Below, one piece after another: positions 1-7,374 of a DNA stretch of 42,009 bases (the first letter of the stretch is position 1; each line of letters starts with the position of its first letter). Below the pieces are notes generated by a model, which did no database searches, had not been told where the DNA came from, and was given only the letters and a program-made list of their open reading frames with translations. The stretch lies in IMG/VR virus record IMGVR_UViG_2541047963_000003. One strand, 5' to 3'. The position numbers and the translations under genes were made by a program. The DNA comes from a virus (Duplodnaviria; Heunggongvirae; Uroviricota; Caudoviricetes).

Positions 1-1143
1 CTATGCTGTTTTGATATCTACGATAATCCAGTCTTTACCACGATCATCATTGTATCGGTCGGTCATTTTTCTGGATTTATGGCCTAACAACTTTTGCGTA
101 TCCAGACCCTGTTCCCGATATAACCGTTCTGACAGAGATCGCTGCTCATGAAATGTGGGCGCAGTTCCTTGCTCCCATTTTATGCCACATTTTTCCCTGG
201 CCTTTTTAAAAGCCGTTGTCAGAGTATTTGCAGAAACCTGGTCTCCTCTGTTTGCTTGAGAGGTAGTGTGACGGTAATGGACCAGATATTTACTAACAAC
301 AGCATCCCTGCACTGAGATATAACTTCACGAAGGGTAATATTCAGAGCATCGCATTTCAGGCTAAGCGGAATAGCAAGTTTTGAACCGGTTTTTTCCTGA
401 GTAATGTGCAACATGTCGTCCCATATATCAGAGAATTTCAAATTGCAGATATCGCCTAAACGTTGTCCAGTAACAAGAGCAAGTAGCATGCCGCATTTTA
501 AATAGGGCTGCCGTCTGCTTACGCTTTCAAATATTGCCTGCCATTCGGGCAGTGATAATCTTTGGCGGTTTACTCGATTTCGCGGTTGTTTTGTTGCCTG
601 CGCTGGGTTAAATCCTGGCGGAACATGTCCTGCGTGTTGTGCTTCTTTGAAGACGTCGATCAACACCATTCTCACGACTTGCGCCATCCTGTTATGACCT
701 TCAGCCTTTACAGCATCAATTATTTCGGCAATATCAAGTGCGGTAATATCCTTGAGGCGTTGCATTCCACAATGCTCACGGAAAAGACGAATGGGTTTAC
801 CTTTTTGCCGATAGGAGTTGGGTCTTAGTTCATTATGTTGCAGCCTGTCCTCCTGGATAGAAATATATTTATCAAGCCATTCTGTCACCGTAATGTCTGA
901 GCGCCTGCCTTTCATTCTTTCTAGACGCTCATTGACGCTTAATATTTGTCGGGTACGTTGTTCAGCAATAATGGTATTTGCTTCAGTAGCAACTTGTTTT
1001 GCTTCATTCTCATCAGTTCCTAAGCTATGAAAACGACCGGATAGTGGATGTTTGTATTGCCAATATACCTTTCCGGTTCGCTTATCTAATTTGCAATATA
1101 AATTGGGTATAGAGATTTTGTGAGATCGGGGTCTAGCAGCCAT
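1..1143 (-). CDS. int: Tyrosine integrase, lambda Int family
   Basis: 380-aa ORF; C-terminal region aligns by eye with lambda Int (HELRSLSARLY-like segment, LGHKS, RYxDDRG, WxxxxI); overlaps xis by 11 nt as in lambda; stop codon at nt 1-3. Confidence 0.9.
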   Translation of the reverse strand: MAARPRSHKISIPNLYCKLDKRTGKVYWQYKHPLSGRFHSLGTDENEAKQVATEANTIIAEQRTRQILSVNERLERMKGRRSDITVTEWLDKYISIQEDRLQHNELRPNSYRQKGKPIRLFREHCGMQRLKDITALDIAEIIDAVKAEGHNRMAQVVRMVLIDVFKEAQHAGHVPPGFNPAQATKQPRNRVNRQRLSLPEWQAIFESVSRRQPYLKCGMLLALVTGQRLGDICNLKFSDIWDDMLHITQEKTGSKLAIPLSLKCDALNITLREVISQCRDAVVSKYLVHYRHTTSQANRGDQVSANTLTTAFKKAREKCGIKWEQGTAPTFHEQRSLSERLYREQGLDTQKLLGHKSRKMTDRYNDDRGKDWIIVDIKTA

Positions 1144-1369
1144 CAGCGATTATCCGTTGGAGTTTTGGGTTTGCGTTTATTGGGAGTTGCGGTTCTGCAA
1201 GCGTTCCTACAAAACGGGAATTTCGGTCAATCATCCAGTAGCGACCAACTTTTATAGCGGGTGGGGCCATCATTTTCCCTTGCGCGTATTTTTTCAGAAC
1301 TCGCTCACTTGGTGCTAAGTCCCCAAATTCTTCTTTAGCCCAGTCCTGTAAAGTGATTAGTCGAGACAT
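1133..1369 (-). CDS. xis: Excisionase (Xis-like DNA-binding protein)
   Basis: 78-aa ORF directly upstream of and overlapping int; N-terminus ITLQDW...APPAIKVGRYWMI resembles lambda Xis LTLQEW...FPPPVKDGREYLF. Confidence 0.7.
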   Translation of the reverse strand: MSRLITLQDWAKEEFGDLAPSERVLKKYAQGKMMAPPAIKVGRYWMIDRNSRFVGTLAEPQLPINANPKLQRIIADGC

Positions 1370-1508
1370 TTGTCCTCCTCTTAGCTGCTGAGGGAGTTTG
1401 TGACCGATATATCTGACATGATATTAAGCTCATGGCAGGTACATCTCTTGACTGGTCATAGAGATAAATTTAATGCTGAGAAATGCAGTATTGAATTTAT
1501 CAATTTTT

Positions 1509-1748
1509 CTATTTCCTGCGTATGGCGCGTAACTTCTTAATGTGTTCTGCTGTATCGATCTCTTCGGCTATCCGCTCTGATTCCACTTTACTCACAGGTT
1601 CAAAGTCATGATTAAAGCGGAACATGCTGGCGATACATGTTCTGCCTTTTCGGATGTAGTGAACTTTGTTGTGGGTAGAACGCAGGATTTTGCAGGGAGT
1701 GCCGTGGTGGTCGACGTACCAGGTGTTAGGGTAAATCACTCTGAACAT
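1509..1748 (-). CDS. Hypothetical early protein (ea/delta region)
   Basis: 79-aa ORF in same orientation as the early-left operon; no family recognised. Confidence 0.4.
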   Translation of the reverse strand: MFRVIYPNTWYVDHHGTPCKILRSTHNKVHYIRKGRTCIASMFRFNHDFEPVSKVESERIAEEIDTAEHIKKLRAIRRK

Positions 1749-2061
1749 TCTTGACCTTGTGTTGTGCGGATTGATATTCAGTGCTGATATTCACCTTTAT
1801 AGCGAACACCTTTACCGGTTTATCGCCAAAGTGCGGATGTGTGATTGTCTTCACTTCATATCCGTCATACGGAACATCAATTCTGCGACTGGAATCGTCG
1901 CGCTTCGGATATCCCTTTGTGATAATCAGGCGGTCATATTCCCGGAACATAATTCGCTTATTCCAGTAGTCATTACACAAGCGATACTCTTCTGTTTTCT
2001 CTCCGCGAATCATGGCATCGAAGTATTCACTTTTAACAGCAAGTTGCAGGTTAGCCATCAC
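1726..2061 (-). CDS. Hypothetical early protein
   Basis: 111-aa ORF, tightly packed between neighbours (overlaps by 23 nt and 4 nt); no family recognised with confidence. Confidence 0.45.
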   Translation of the reverse strand: MMANLQLAVKSEYFDAMIRGEKTEEYRLCNDYWNKRIMFREYDRLIITKGYPKRDDSSRRIDVPYDGYEVKTITHPHFGDKPVKVFAIKVNISTEYQSAQHKVKNVQSDLP

Positions 2062-2279
2062 TTAATCCCCCTTTGTTTGCGGATAAGCTCCAGATCTTGC
2101 TGGCAACTGGCGCAAGTACGACAACCCTGAACGGCCAGTCGTCTTCGTTCATCTATCGGATCGCCACACTCACAACAATGAGTGGCAGATACAGCCAGGT
2201 AGTTCAGGCGGCGCATTTTTATTGCTGTGTTGCGCTGTAATTCTTCTATTTCTGATGCTGAATCAATGATGTCTGCCAT
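2058..2279 (-). CDS. TraR/DksA-family C4 zinc-finger protein
   Basis: 73-aa ORF with CxxC...CxxC (CCECGDPIDERRRLAVQGCRTCASCQ), typical of phage TraR-like RNAP-binding proteins. Confidence 0.7.
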   Translation of the reverse strand: MADIIDSASEIEELQRNTAIKMRRLNYLAVSATHCCECGDPIDERRRLAVQGCRTCASCQQDLELIRKQRGIK

Positions 2280-2285
2280 CTTTCA

Positions 2286-2375
2286 TTAATCCCTGAACTG
2301 TTGGTTAATACGCTTGAGGGCGAATGCGAATAATAAAAAAGGAGCCTGTAGCTCCATGATGATTTTGTTTTTCAT
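2286..2375 (-). CDS. Putative 29-aa small protein (hydrophobic core)
   Basis: Minus-strand ATG at 2375; translation MKNKIIMELQAPFLLFAFALKRINQQFRD; wedged between two ORFs with 2-6 nt spacing; below the 60-aa ORF-track cutoff. Confidence 0.25.
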   Translation of the reverse strand: MKNKIIMELQAPFLLFAFALKRINQQFRD

Positions 2376-2377
2376 GT

Positions 2378-2593
2378 TCACCGTTCCTTAAAGACGCCGT
2401 TTAACATGCCGATCGCCAGGCTTAAATGAGTCGGTGTGAATCCCATCAGCGTTACCGTTTCGCGGTGCTTCTTCAGTACGCTACGGCAAATGTCATCGAC
2501 GTTTTTATCCGGAAACTGCTGTCTGGCTTTTTTGATTTCATAATTAGCCTGACGGGCAATACTGCGAAGGGCGTTTTCTTGCTGAGGTGTCAT
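2378..2593 (-). CDS. Hypothetical early protein (lambda orf63-position)
   Basis: 71-aa product from internal ATG (MTPQQENALRS...); start overlaps the stop of the upstream small ORF in an ATGA arrangement. Confidence 0.5.
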   Translation of the reverse strand: MTPQQENALRSIARQANYEIKKARQQFPDKNVDDICRSVLKKHRETVTLMGFTPTHLSLAIGMLNGVFKER

Positions 2594-2673
2594 TGAACAA
2601 GTCCCATGTCGGCAAGCATAAGCACACAGAATATGAAGCCCGCTGCCAGAAAAATGCATTCAGTGGTTGTCAT
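2590..2673 (-). CDS. Putative 27-aa hydrophobic peptide
   Basis: Minus-strand ATG at 2673 preceded by GAGAGAG 7 nt upstream; translation MTTTECIFLAAGFIFCVLMLADMGLVQ; stop overlaps next start (ATGA). Confidence 0.25.
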   Translation of the reverse strand: MTTTECIFLAAGFIFCVLMLADMGLVQ

Positions 2674-2887
2674 ACCTGGTCTCTCTCATCTGCTTCTGCT
2701 TTCGCCACCATCATTTCCAGCTTTTGTGAAAGGGATGTGGCTAACGTATGAAATTCTTAGTCTGTTTCTACTGGTATTGGCACAAACCTGACTCCAATTT
2801 GAGCGAGGCTATGTGCCATCTCGATACTCGTTCTTAACTCAACGGGAGATGCTTTGTGCATACAGCCCCTCGTTTATTATTTATCTC

Positions 2888-3016
2888 CTAAGCCAGCCGC
2901 TGGGCTTTCAGTGGATTTTGGATAACAGAAAGGCCGGGAAATACCCAGTCTCGCTTTGTAACGGAGTAGATGAAAGTGATCGCGCCTACCCGGATATTAT
3001 CGTGAGGGTGCGTCAT
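2888..3016 (-). CDS. Lambda orf60a-like protein, 42 aa (shorter than the 60-aa lambda form)
   Basis: Translation [42 protein letters not shown] matches my recollection of the lambda orf60a N-terminus; start overlaps exo stop (ATGA). Confidence 0.4.
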   Translation of the reverse strand: MTHPHDNIRVGAITFIYSVTKRDWVFPGLSVIQNPLKAQRLA

Positions 3017-3693
3017 CGCCATTGCTCCCCAAATACAAAACCAATTTCAGCCAGTGCCTCGTCCATTTTTTCGATGAACTCCGGCACCATCTCGTCAAAA
3101 CTCGCCATGTACTTTTCATCCCGCTCAACCACGACATAATGCAGTCCTTCACGCTTCATACGCGGGTCATAGTTGGCAAAGTACCAGGCATCTTTTCGCG
3201 TCACCCACATGCTGTACTGCACCTGGGCCATGTAAGCTGACTTTATGGCCTCGAAACTACCGAGCCGGAACTTCATGAAATCCCGGGAGGTAAACGGGCA
3301 TTTCAGTTCAAGGCCGTTGCCGTCACTGCATAAACCATCTGGAGAGCAGGCGGTACGCATACTTTCGTCGCGATAGATGATCGGTGATTCAGTAACATTC
3401 ACGCCGGAAGTGAACTCAAACAGGGCTCTGGCGTCGTTCTCGTACTGTTTTCCCCAGGCCAGCGCTTTAGCGTTAACTTCCGGAGCCACACCGGTGCAAA
3501 CCTCAGCAAGCAGGGTGTGGAAGTAGGACATTTTCATGTCAGGCCACTTTTTTCCGGAGCGGGGTTTTGCTATTACGTTATGAACTTCTGAAGCTGTGAT
3601 GACGCCGAGCCGTAATTTGTGCCACGCATCATCCCCCTGTTCGACAGCTCTCACGTCGATCCCGGTACGCTGCAGGATAATGTCCGGTGTCAT
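3013..3693 (-). CDS. exo: Lambda exonuclease (Red-alpha)
   Basis: 226-aa ORF; full-length, near-identical by recollection to lambda Exo ([50 protein letters not shown]...). Confidence 0.95.
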   Translation of the reverse strand: MTPDIILQRTGIDVRAVEQGDDAWHKLRLGVITASEVHNVIAKPRSGKKWPDMKMSYFHTLLAEVCTGVAPEVNAKALAWGKQYENDARALFEFTSGVNVTESPIIYRDESMRTACSPDGLCSDGNGLELKCPFTSRDFMKFRLGSFEAIKSAYMAQVQYSMWVTRKDAWYFANYDPRMKREGLHYVVVERDEKYMASFDEMVPEFIEKMDEALAEIGFVFGEQWR

Positions 3694-4475
3694 GCTGCCA
3701 CCTTCTGCTCTGCGGCTTTCTGTTTCAGGAATCCAAGAGCTTTTACTGCTTCGGCCTGTGTCAGTTCTGACGATGCGCGAATGTCGCGGCGAAATATCTG
3801 GGAACAGAGCGGCAATAAGTCGTCATCCCATGTTTTATCCAGGGCGATCAGCAGAGTGTTAATCTCCTGCATGCTTTCATCGTTAACCGGAGTGATGTCG
3901 CGTTCCGGCTGGCGTTCTGCAGTGTATGCGGTATTTTCGACAATGCGCTCGGCTTCATCCTTGTCATAGATACCAGCAAATCCGAAGGCCAGGCGGGCAC
4001 ACTGAATCATGGCTTTATGCCGTAACATCCGTTTGGGATGCGACTGCCACGGGCCGGTGATTTCTCTGCCTTCGCGGGTTTTGAATGGTTCGCGGCGGCA
4101 TTCATCCATCCATTCGGTAACGCAGATCGGATGATTACGGTCCTTGCGGTAAATCCGGCATGTACAGGATTCATTGTCCTGCTCAAAGTCCATGCCATCA
4201 AACTGCTGGTTTTCATTGATGATGCGGGACCAGCCATCAACGCCCACCACCGGAACAATGCCGTTCTGCTTATCAGGGAAGGCGTAAATTTCTTTCGTCC
4301 ACGGATTAAGGCCGTACTGGTTGGCGACGATCAACAATGCGATGAACTGCGCATCGCTGGCATCACCTTTAAATGCCGTCTGGCGAAGAGTGGTGATCAG
4401 TTCCTGTGGGTCGACAGAATCCATGCCGACACGTTCAGCCAGCTTCCCTGCCAGCGTTGCGAGTGCTGTACTCAT
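3690..4475 (-). CDS. bet: Recombination protein Bet (Red-beta, ssDNA annealing)
   Basis: 261-aa ORF; full-length match to recalled lambda Bet; overlaps exo start by 4 nt. Confidence 0.95.
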   Translation of the reverse strand: MSTALATLAGKLAERVGMDSVDPQELITTLRQTAFKGDASDAQFIALLIVANQYGLNPWTKEIYAFPDKQNGIVPVVGVDGWSRIINENQQFDGMDFEQDNESCTCRIYRKDRNHPICVTEWMDECRREPFKTREGREITGPWQSHPKRMLRHKAMIQCARLAFGFAGIYDKDEAERIVENTAYTAERQPERDITPVNDESMQEINTLLIALDKTWDDDLLPLCSQIFRRDIRASSELTQAEAVKALGFLKQKAAEQKVAA

Positions 4476-4480
4476 CCGTT

Positions 4481-4777
4481 TTATACCTCTGAATCAATAT
4501 CAACCTGGTGGTGAGCAATGGTTTCAACCATGTACCGGATGTGTTCTGCCATGCGCTCCTGAAACTCAACATCGTCATCAAACGCACGGGTAATGGCTTT
4601 TTTGCTGGCCCCGTGGCGTTGCAAATGATCGATGCAGAGTGATTCAAACAGGTGCTGGGACAGACCCTTTTCCATGTCGTCTGCCAGTTCTGCCTCTTTC
4701 TCTTCACGGGCGATCTGCTGGTAGTGACGTGCCCAGCTCTGAGCCTCAAGACGATCCTGAATGTAATAAGCGTTCAT
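4481..4777 (-). CDS. gam: Gam (RecBCD inhibitor), 98-aa short form
   Basis: [21 protein letters not shown]... matches lambda GamS; the in-frame upstream region reads ...FRSSA then hits a stop, so the 138-aa long form is not encoded. Confidence 0.9.
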   Translation of the reverse strand: MNAYYIQDRLEAQSWARHYQQIAREEKEAELADDMEKGLSQHLFESLCIDHLQRHGASKKAITRAFDDDVEFQERMAEHIRYMVETIAHHQVDIDSEV

Positions 4778-4852
4778 GGCTGAACTCCTGAAAATGGCTG
4801 TGAAAATATCGCCCGCGAAATGCCCGGCTGATTAGGAAAACAGGAAAGGGGA

Positions 4853-5143
4853 TTAGTGATTGAGGCCGTTGCCGCGTCCGTCGAGAAAAACTTCCACGAG
4901 CAAATCACGGGTATAAGTGCGCTCGATGCCGCGATGCAGATAAAGCCGTCCGCGTAAATTAGCTGATGCAGTCCAGGTACCATCTTTGTGTTTGACCAGC
5001 ATTCCTGGCATGACCGCACCTCGATTAACGGTCTGCGTTCCGTAATGTTGATGAACCATAAAAACTCCTGCCCGTAAGCTGGGCTGCTGAACATATAGAG
5101 ACTTCTGCGCGTATTCAGGCGGTGGATGGCCGCCGGTTGTCAT
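4853..5143 (-). CDS. Hypothetical protein at the kil position (possibly shorter from an internal Met)
   Basis: 96-aa ORF; stop lies 76 nt upstream of the gam ATG, the spacing I recall for lambda kil relative to GamS; sequence not recognised. Confidence 0.35.
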   Translation of the reverse strand: MTTGGHPPPEYAQKSLYVQQPSLRAGVFMVHQHYGTQTVNRGAVMPGMLVKHKDGTWTASANLRGRLYLHRGIERTYTRDLLVEVFLDGRGNGLNH

Positions 5144-5335
5144 AACTAAGCCGCCTCGTTGAAGCGACTAAGGTATGAAATGTTGAGTTGATTTCAGCTG
5201 GTCACACCGACGTTCACGCGTCCGTTTCACCCCTCGCACTCCCCGAAGCCTGCTGAAATTCAAACTGCGGATCTAAGCGGTCATCGCAACGGTGAATCAG
5301 GTAGTTGCCGTATCGTTGTGTTGTTGCGATGAACT

Positions 5336-5410
5336 TATTTAAAACTATAGTTGTTTTATCGTCAACAACAAAAGTTGTTTTATTGGTTGTTTTAGATATA
5401 ACTGGTTGTA
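5336..5410 (-). promoter_or_regulatory. Putative pL promoter and oL operator cluster
   Basis: On the minus strand, -35 TTGACG (plus 5360-5365), 17-18 nt spacer, -10 TTAAAT/TAAATA; spacer ATAAAACAACTATAGTT nearly identical to the pR spacer; GTTGTT/AACAAC inverted repeats at 5350-5369 and 5364-5379; repeated (A/G)GTTGTT at 5349, 5373, 5385, 5403. Confidence 0.5.
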
Positions 5411-5504
5411 TTTAGGATGGATTTATTTTGTGACTTGAATCGCATAGCGATAACTGAAGCGAGGTTATGGTGGTTTTTTTAACGGTGTGTGTGATGAGGG
5501 GAGG

Positions 5505-5533
5505 GCAAAAGAAAACCCGGCACGGTGACCGGG
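5505..5533 (-). terminator. Candidate intrinsic terminator downstream of the repressor gene
   Basis: Minus-strand hairpin CCCGG-N8-CCGGG (plus 5516-5533) followed by TTTTCTTTT on the minus strand; stem is only 5 bp. Confidence 0.35.
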
Positions 5534-5654
5534 ATTCTTACGCCGTTAGGTAAAGATATTATTGCGGTGGCTTAATATTACTACCTAGAGCAAAGATAGG
5601 AATTAGTTCTTTACTGAATGAGCACAATGCCCAGTTGATAATTTTTAATTGGTA

Positions 5655-6344
5655 CTACCCATGCTTCCTATATGTCTGCGGCATGCTCCCAATAACCTTA
5701 CCGAAGATGAACACCCGGTTCATCTCGTCTTTCTCGATCGGGTCCCACGGTGAGTAGCTTTTGTTATCAGAGATGACCAGCAGCTTATCCTTCATCATTT
5801 GCAGGCGCTTTACATGGGCTGTGTCGTCGTACAGAAACGCATAGATACCATCACCGTCGAAAGATTTAACTGTGATATCAACGAACAGCAGATCACCTGG
5901 TTCGATCGTTCCTGACATGCTGTCACCACGCACGTTAATGATGCGGATATTTTCCGCCTTCCTACCATCGAACATGTGACGAGCATCGTCAAACGAGTAC
6001 TCAACCGAGCGTAGAACTTCTACAAACTCACGGTTGATGACTCCCGGCCCAGCACTGACTTCTATATCAAGAACGTCAATCTTGAAGTATTTGGAATGGC
6101 TGACAGTTGATTGTATTGGTTGCACTGTACTGTCTGACATATTTCCAACGCCAGAAGATAACCATTCTGCGCGCACACCCAAAGCGTTCGCGATCTCCAC
6201 GATTTTAGTTGTTTGATTAGCTTTCCCTGTTTCGATTTTCTGAATAGCAGCCTGGCTAACCCCGACCAAATCCCCAAGCGCCTTTTGTGTAAGGCCTCGC
6301 GCTAATCTGGCTTCTTTAAGTCTTTCTGAGAGTGTTGTTTTCAT
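5655..6344 (-). CDS. cI: Prophage repressor, cI-like (XRE-family HTH plus S24 LexA-like peptidase domain)
   Basis: 229 aa from MKTTLSERLKEARLARGLTQKALGDLVGVSQAAIQKIETG (HTH); C-terminal GDSM...KRL resembles the S24 Ser/Lys dyad region; divergent from cro across an operator region. Confidence 0.85.
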   Translation of the reverse strand: MKTTLSERLKEARLARGLTQKALGDLVGVSQAAIQKIETGKANQTTKIVEIANALGVRAEWLSSGVGNMSDSTVQPIQSTVSHSKYFKIDVLDIEVSAGPGVINREFVEVLRSVEYSFDDARHMFDGRKAENIRIINVRGDSMSGTIEPGDLLFVDITVKSFDGDGIYAFLYDDTAHVKRLQMMKDKLLVISDNKSYSPWDPIEKDEMNRVFIFGKVIGSMPQTYRKHG

Positions 6345-6353
6345 AGTCCAAAT

Positions 6354-6421
6354 GTACAACCAAGGTTTTATTCCATCAAACGAAAATGGTTGTTGACTAA
6401 AAACAACCATAGTTTTAATCT
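6354..6421 (+). promoter_or_regulatory. oR operators and pR promoter
   Basis: Perfect palindrome ATGGTTGTT-GACTAAA-AACAACCAT at 6386-6410 overlapping -35 TTGACT (6393-6398); 17-nt spacer; -10 TAATCT (6416-6421); imperfect site ACAACCAAGGTTTT at 6354-6369 beside the cI start; cro RBS GGAGG at 6439-6443. Confidence 0.6.
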
Positions 6422-6448
6422 TGATTCAAGTTAACCACGGAGGTTGTT

Positions 6449-6679
6449 ATGAACCCAGCTATCAAAACAGCGATCAATATCGTTGGTTCACAAAAGAAAC
6501 TGGGCGCTGCTTGCGAAGTTTCACAGCAGGCCGTCTATAAGTGGCTTCACAACAAAGCAAAGGTATCCCCTGAACATGTCGGCAGCATTGTTACGGCTAC
6601 TGGTGGAGTAGTGAAGGCATACCAGATTCGCCCGGATCTTCCGAAGTTGTTTCCACACACCGAAAAGAACGCAGCTTAA
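6449..6679 (+). CDS. cro: Cro-like repressor (YdaS/Cro-type HTH)
   Basis: 76-aa ORF divergent from the repressor; VGSQKKLGAACEVSQQAVYKW is an HTH like Rac YdaS/Cro-family proteins. Confidence 0.8.
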   Translation: MNPAIKTAINIVGSQKKLGAACEVSQQAVYKWLHNKAKVSPEHVGSIVTATGGVVKAYQIRPDLPKLFPHTEKNAA

Positions 6680-6748
6680 ATTTCCATTTCACGCTCTTTA
6701 ACAATAAGCAATCAACTTAACAGTCAATTCAAACTAAAGGAGTCAATT

Positions 6749-7288
6749 ATGCAACCACTTACATACCAACAGACTAGCGGATTTAGCCCGACTGCGGTGA
6801 TAAATCGTTCTCAAACAAAACAGGTGCCAGGCCACGAAAAAATCCGTGATGCCGTCCGCGCCTGGTCGGCTGTAGATAATCAGGATGTCGTTGCCACACT
6901 CATTGTGAATGAGTATCGGGAGCAGGGCGGCGGCACCATCGATTTCCCTGATGATGTCAGCCGTGCACGCCAGAAGCTGTTCCGCTTCCTCGATAACAAA
7001 TTCGATTCTGAAAAATACCGAAATAACGTGCGTGAACTGACCCCGGCAATTCTGGCGGTACTACCGCTGGAATATCGCGGTTACCTGGTTGAGCAGGATA
7101 GCTTCATGGCTAGGTTGGCTGAAATGGAAAAGGAACTCAGTGAGGCAAAACAGGCTGTCATTCTCAACGCACCACGCCACCAGAAACTGAAGGAAATTAG
7201 TGAAGGTATTGTGTCGATGTTTCGTGTGGACCCAGATCTGGCTGGTCCATTGATGGCGATGGTTACTACCATGCTGGGGGCGATATGA
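6749..7288 (+). CDS. CII-position regulator, possibly CP76/phage-186-CII-like
   Basis: 179-aa ORF between cro and O with RBS AGGAG; size and position fit the CP76-type CII family rather than 97-aa lambda CII; family assignment from memory only. Confidence 0.5.
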   Translation: MQPLTYQQTSGFSPTAVINRSQTKQVPGHEKIRDAVRAWSAVDNQDVVATLIVNEYREQGGGTIDFPDDVSRARQKLFRFLDNKFDSEKYRNNVRELTPAILAVLPLEYRGYLVEQDSFMARLAEMEKELSEAKQAVILNAPRHQKLKEISEGIVSMFRVDPDLAGPLMAMVTTMLGAI

Positions 7289-7374
7289 CAGGTTCAGAAA
7301 TGGCGAAAGCCGGTCTGCTGGAACAGAACCGACTTTCAGGTGCAAATCGTAACACACTCATTGCGGGAGGAATT

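Noticed and set aside
2341-2361. GGAGC-CTGTA-GCTCC hairpin followed by a T-run on the minus strand, which looks like a terminator
   Set aside because: The stem is only 5 bp and it sits inside a tightly packed run of early ORFs (within the 29-aa ORF), where a terminator would split the operon; more likely coincidental.
4774-5094. 106-aa ORF ending in an ATGA overlap with gam
   Set aside because: Overlaps the kil-position ORF in another frame and has Ser/Pro/Phe/Ile-rich non-globular composition; probably not the coding frame, though the ATGA overlap keeps some doubt.
5463-5480. T7 run on the plus strand (TGGTGGTTTTTTT) resembling a terminator tail
   Set aside because: No convincing upstream stem, and no plus-strand gene nearby that it would terminate.
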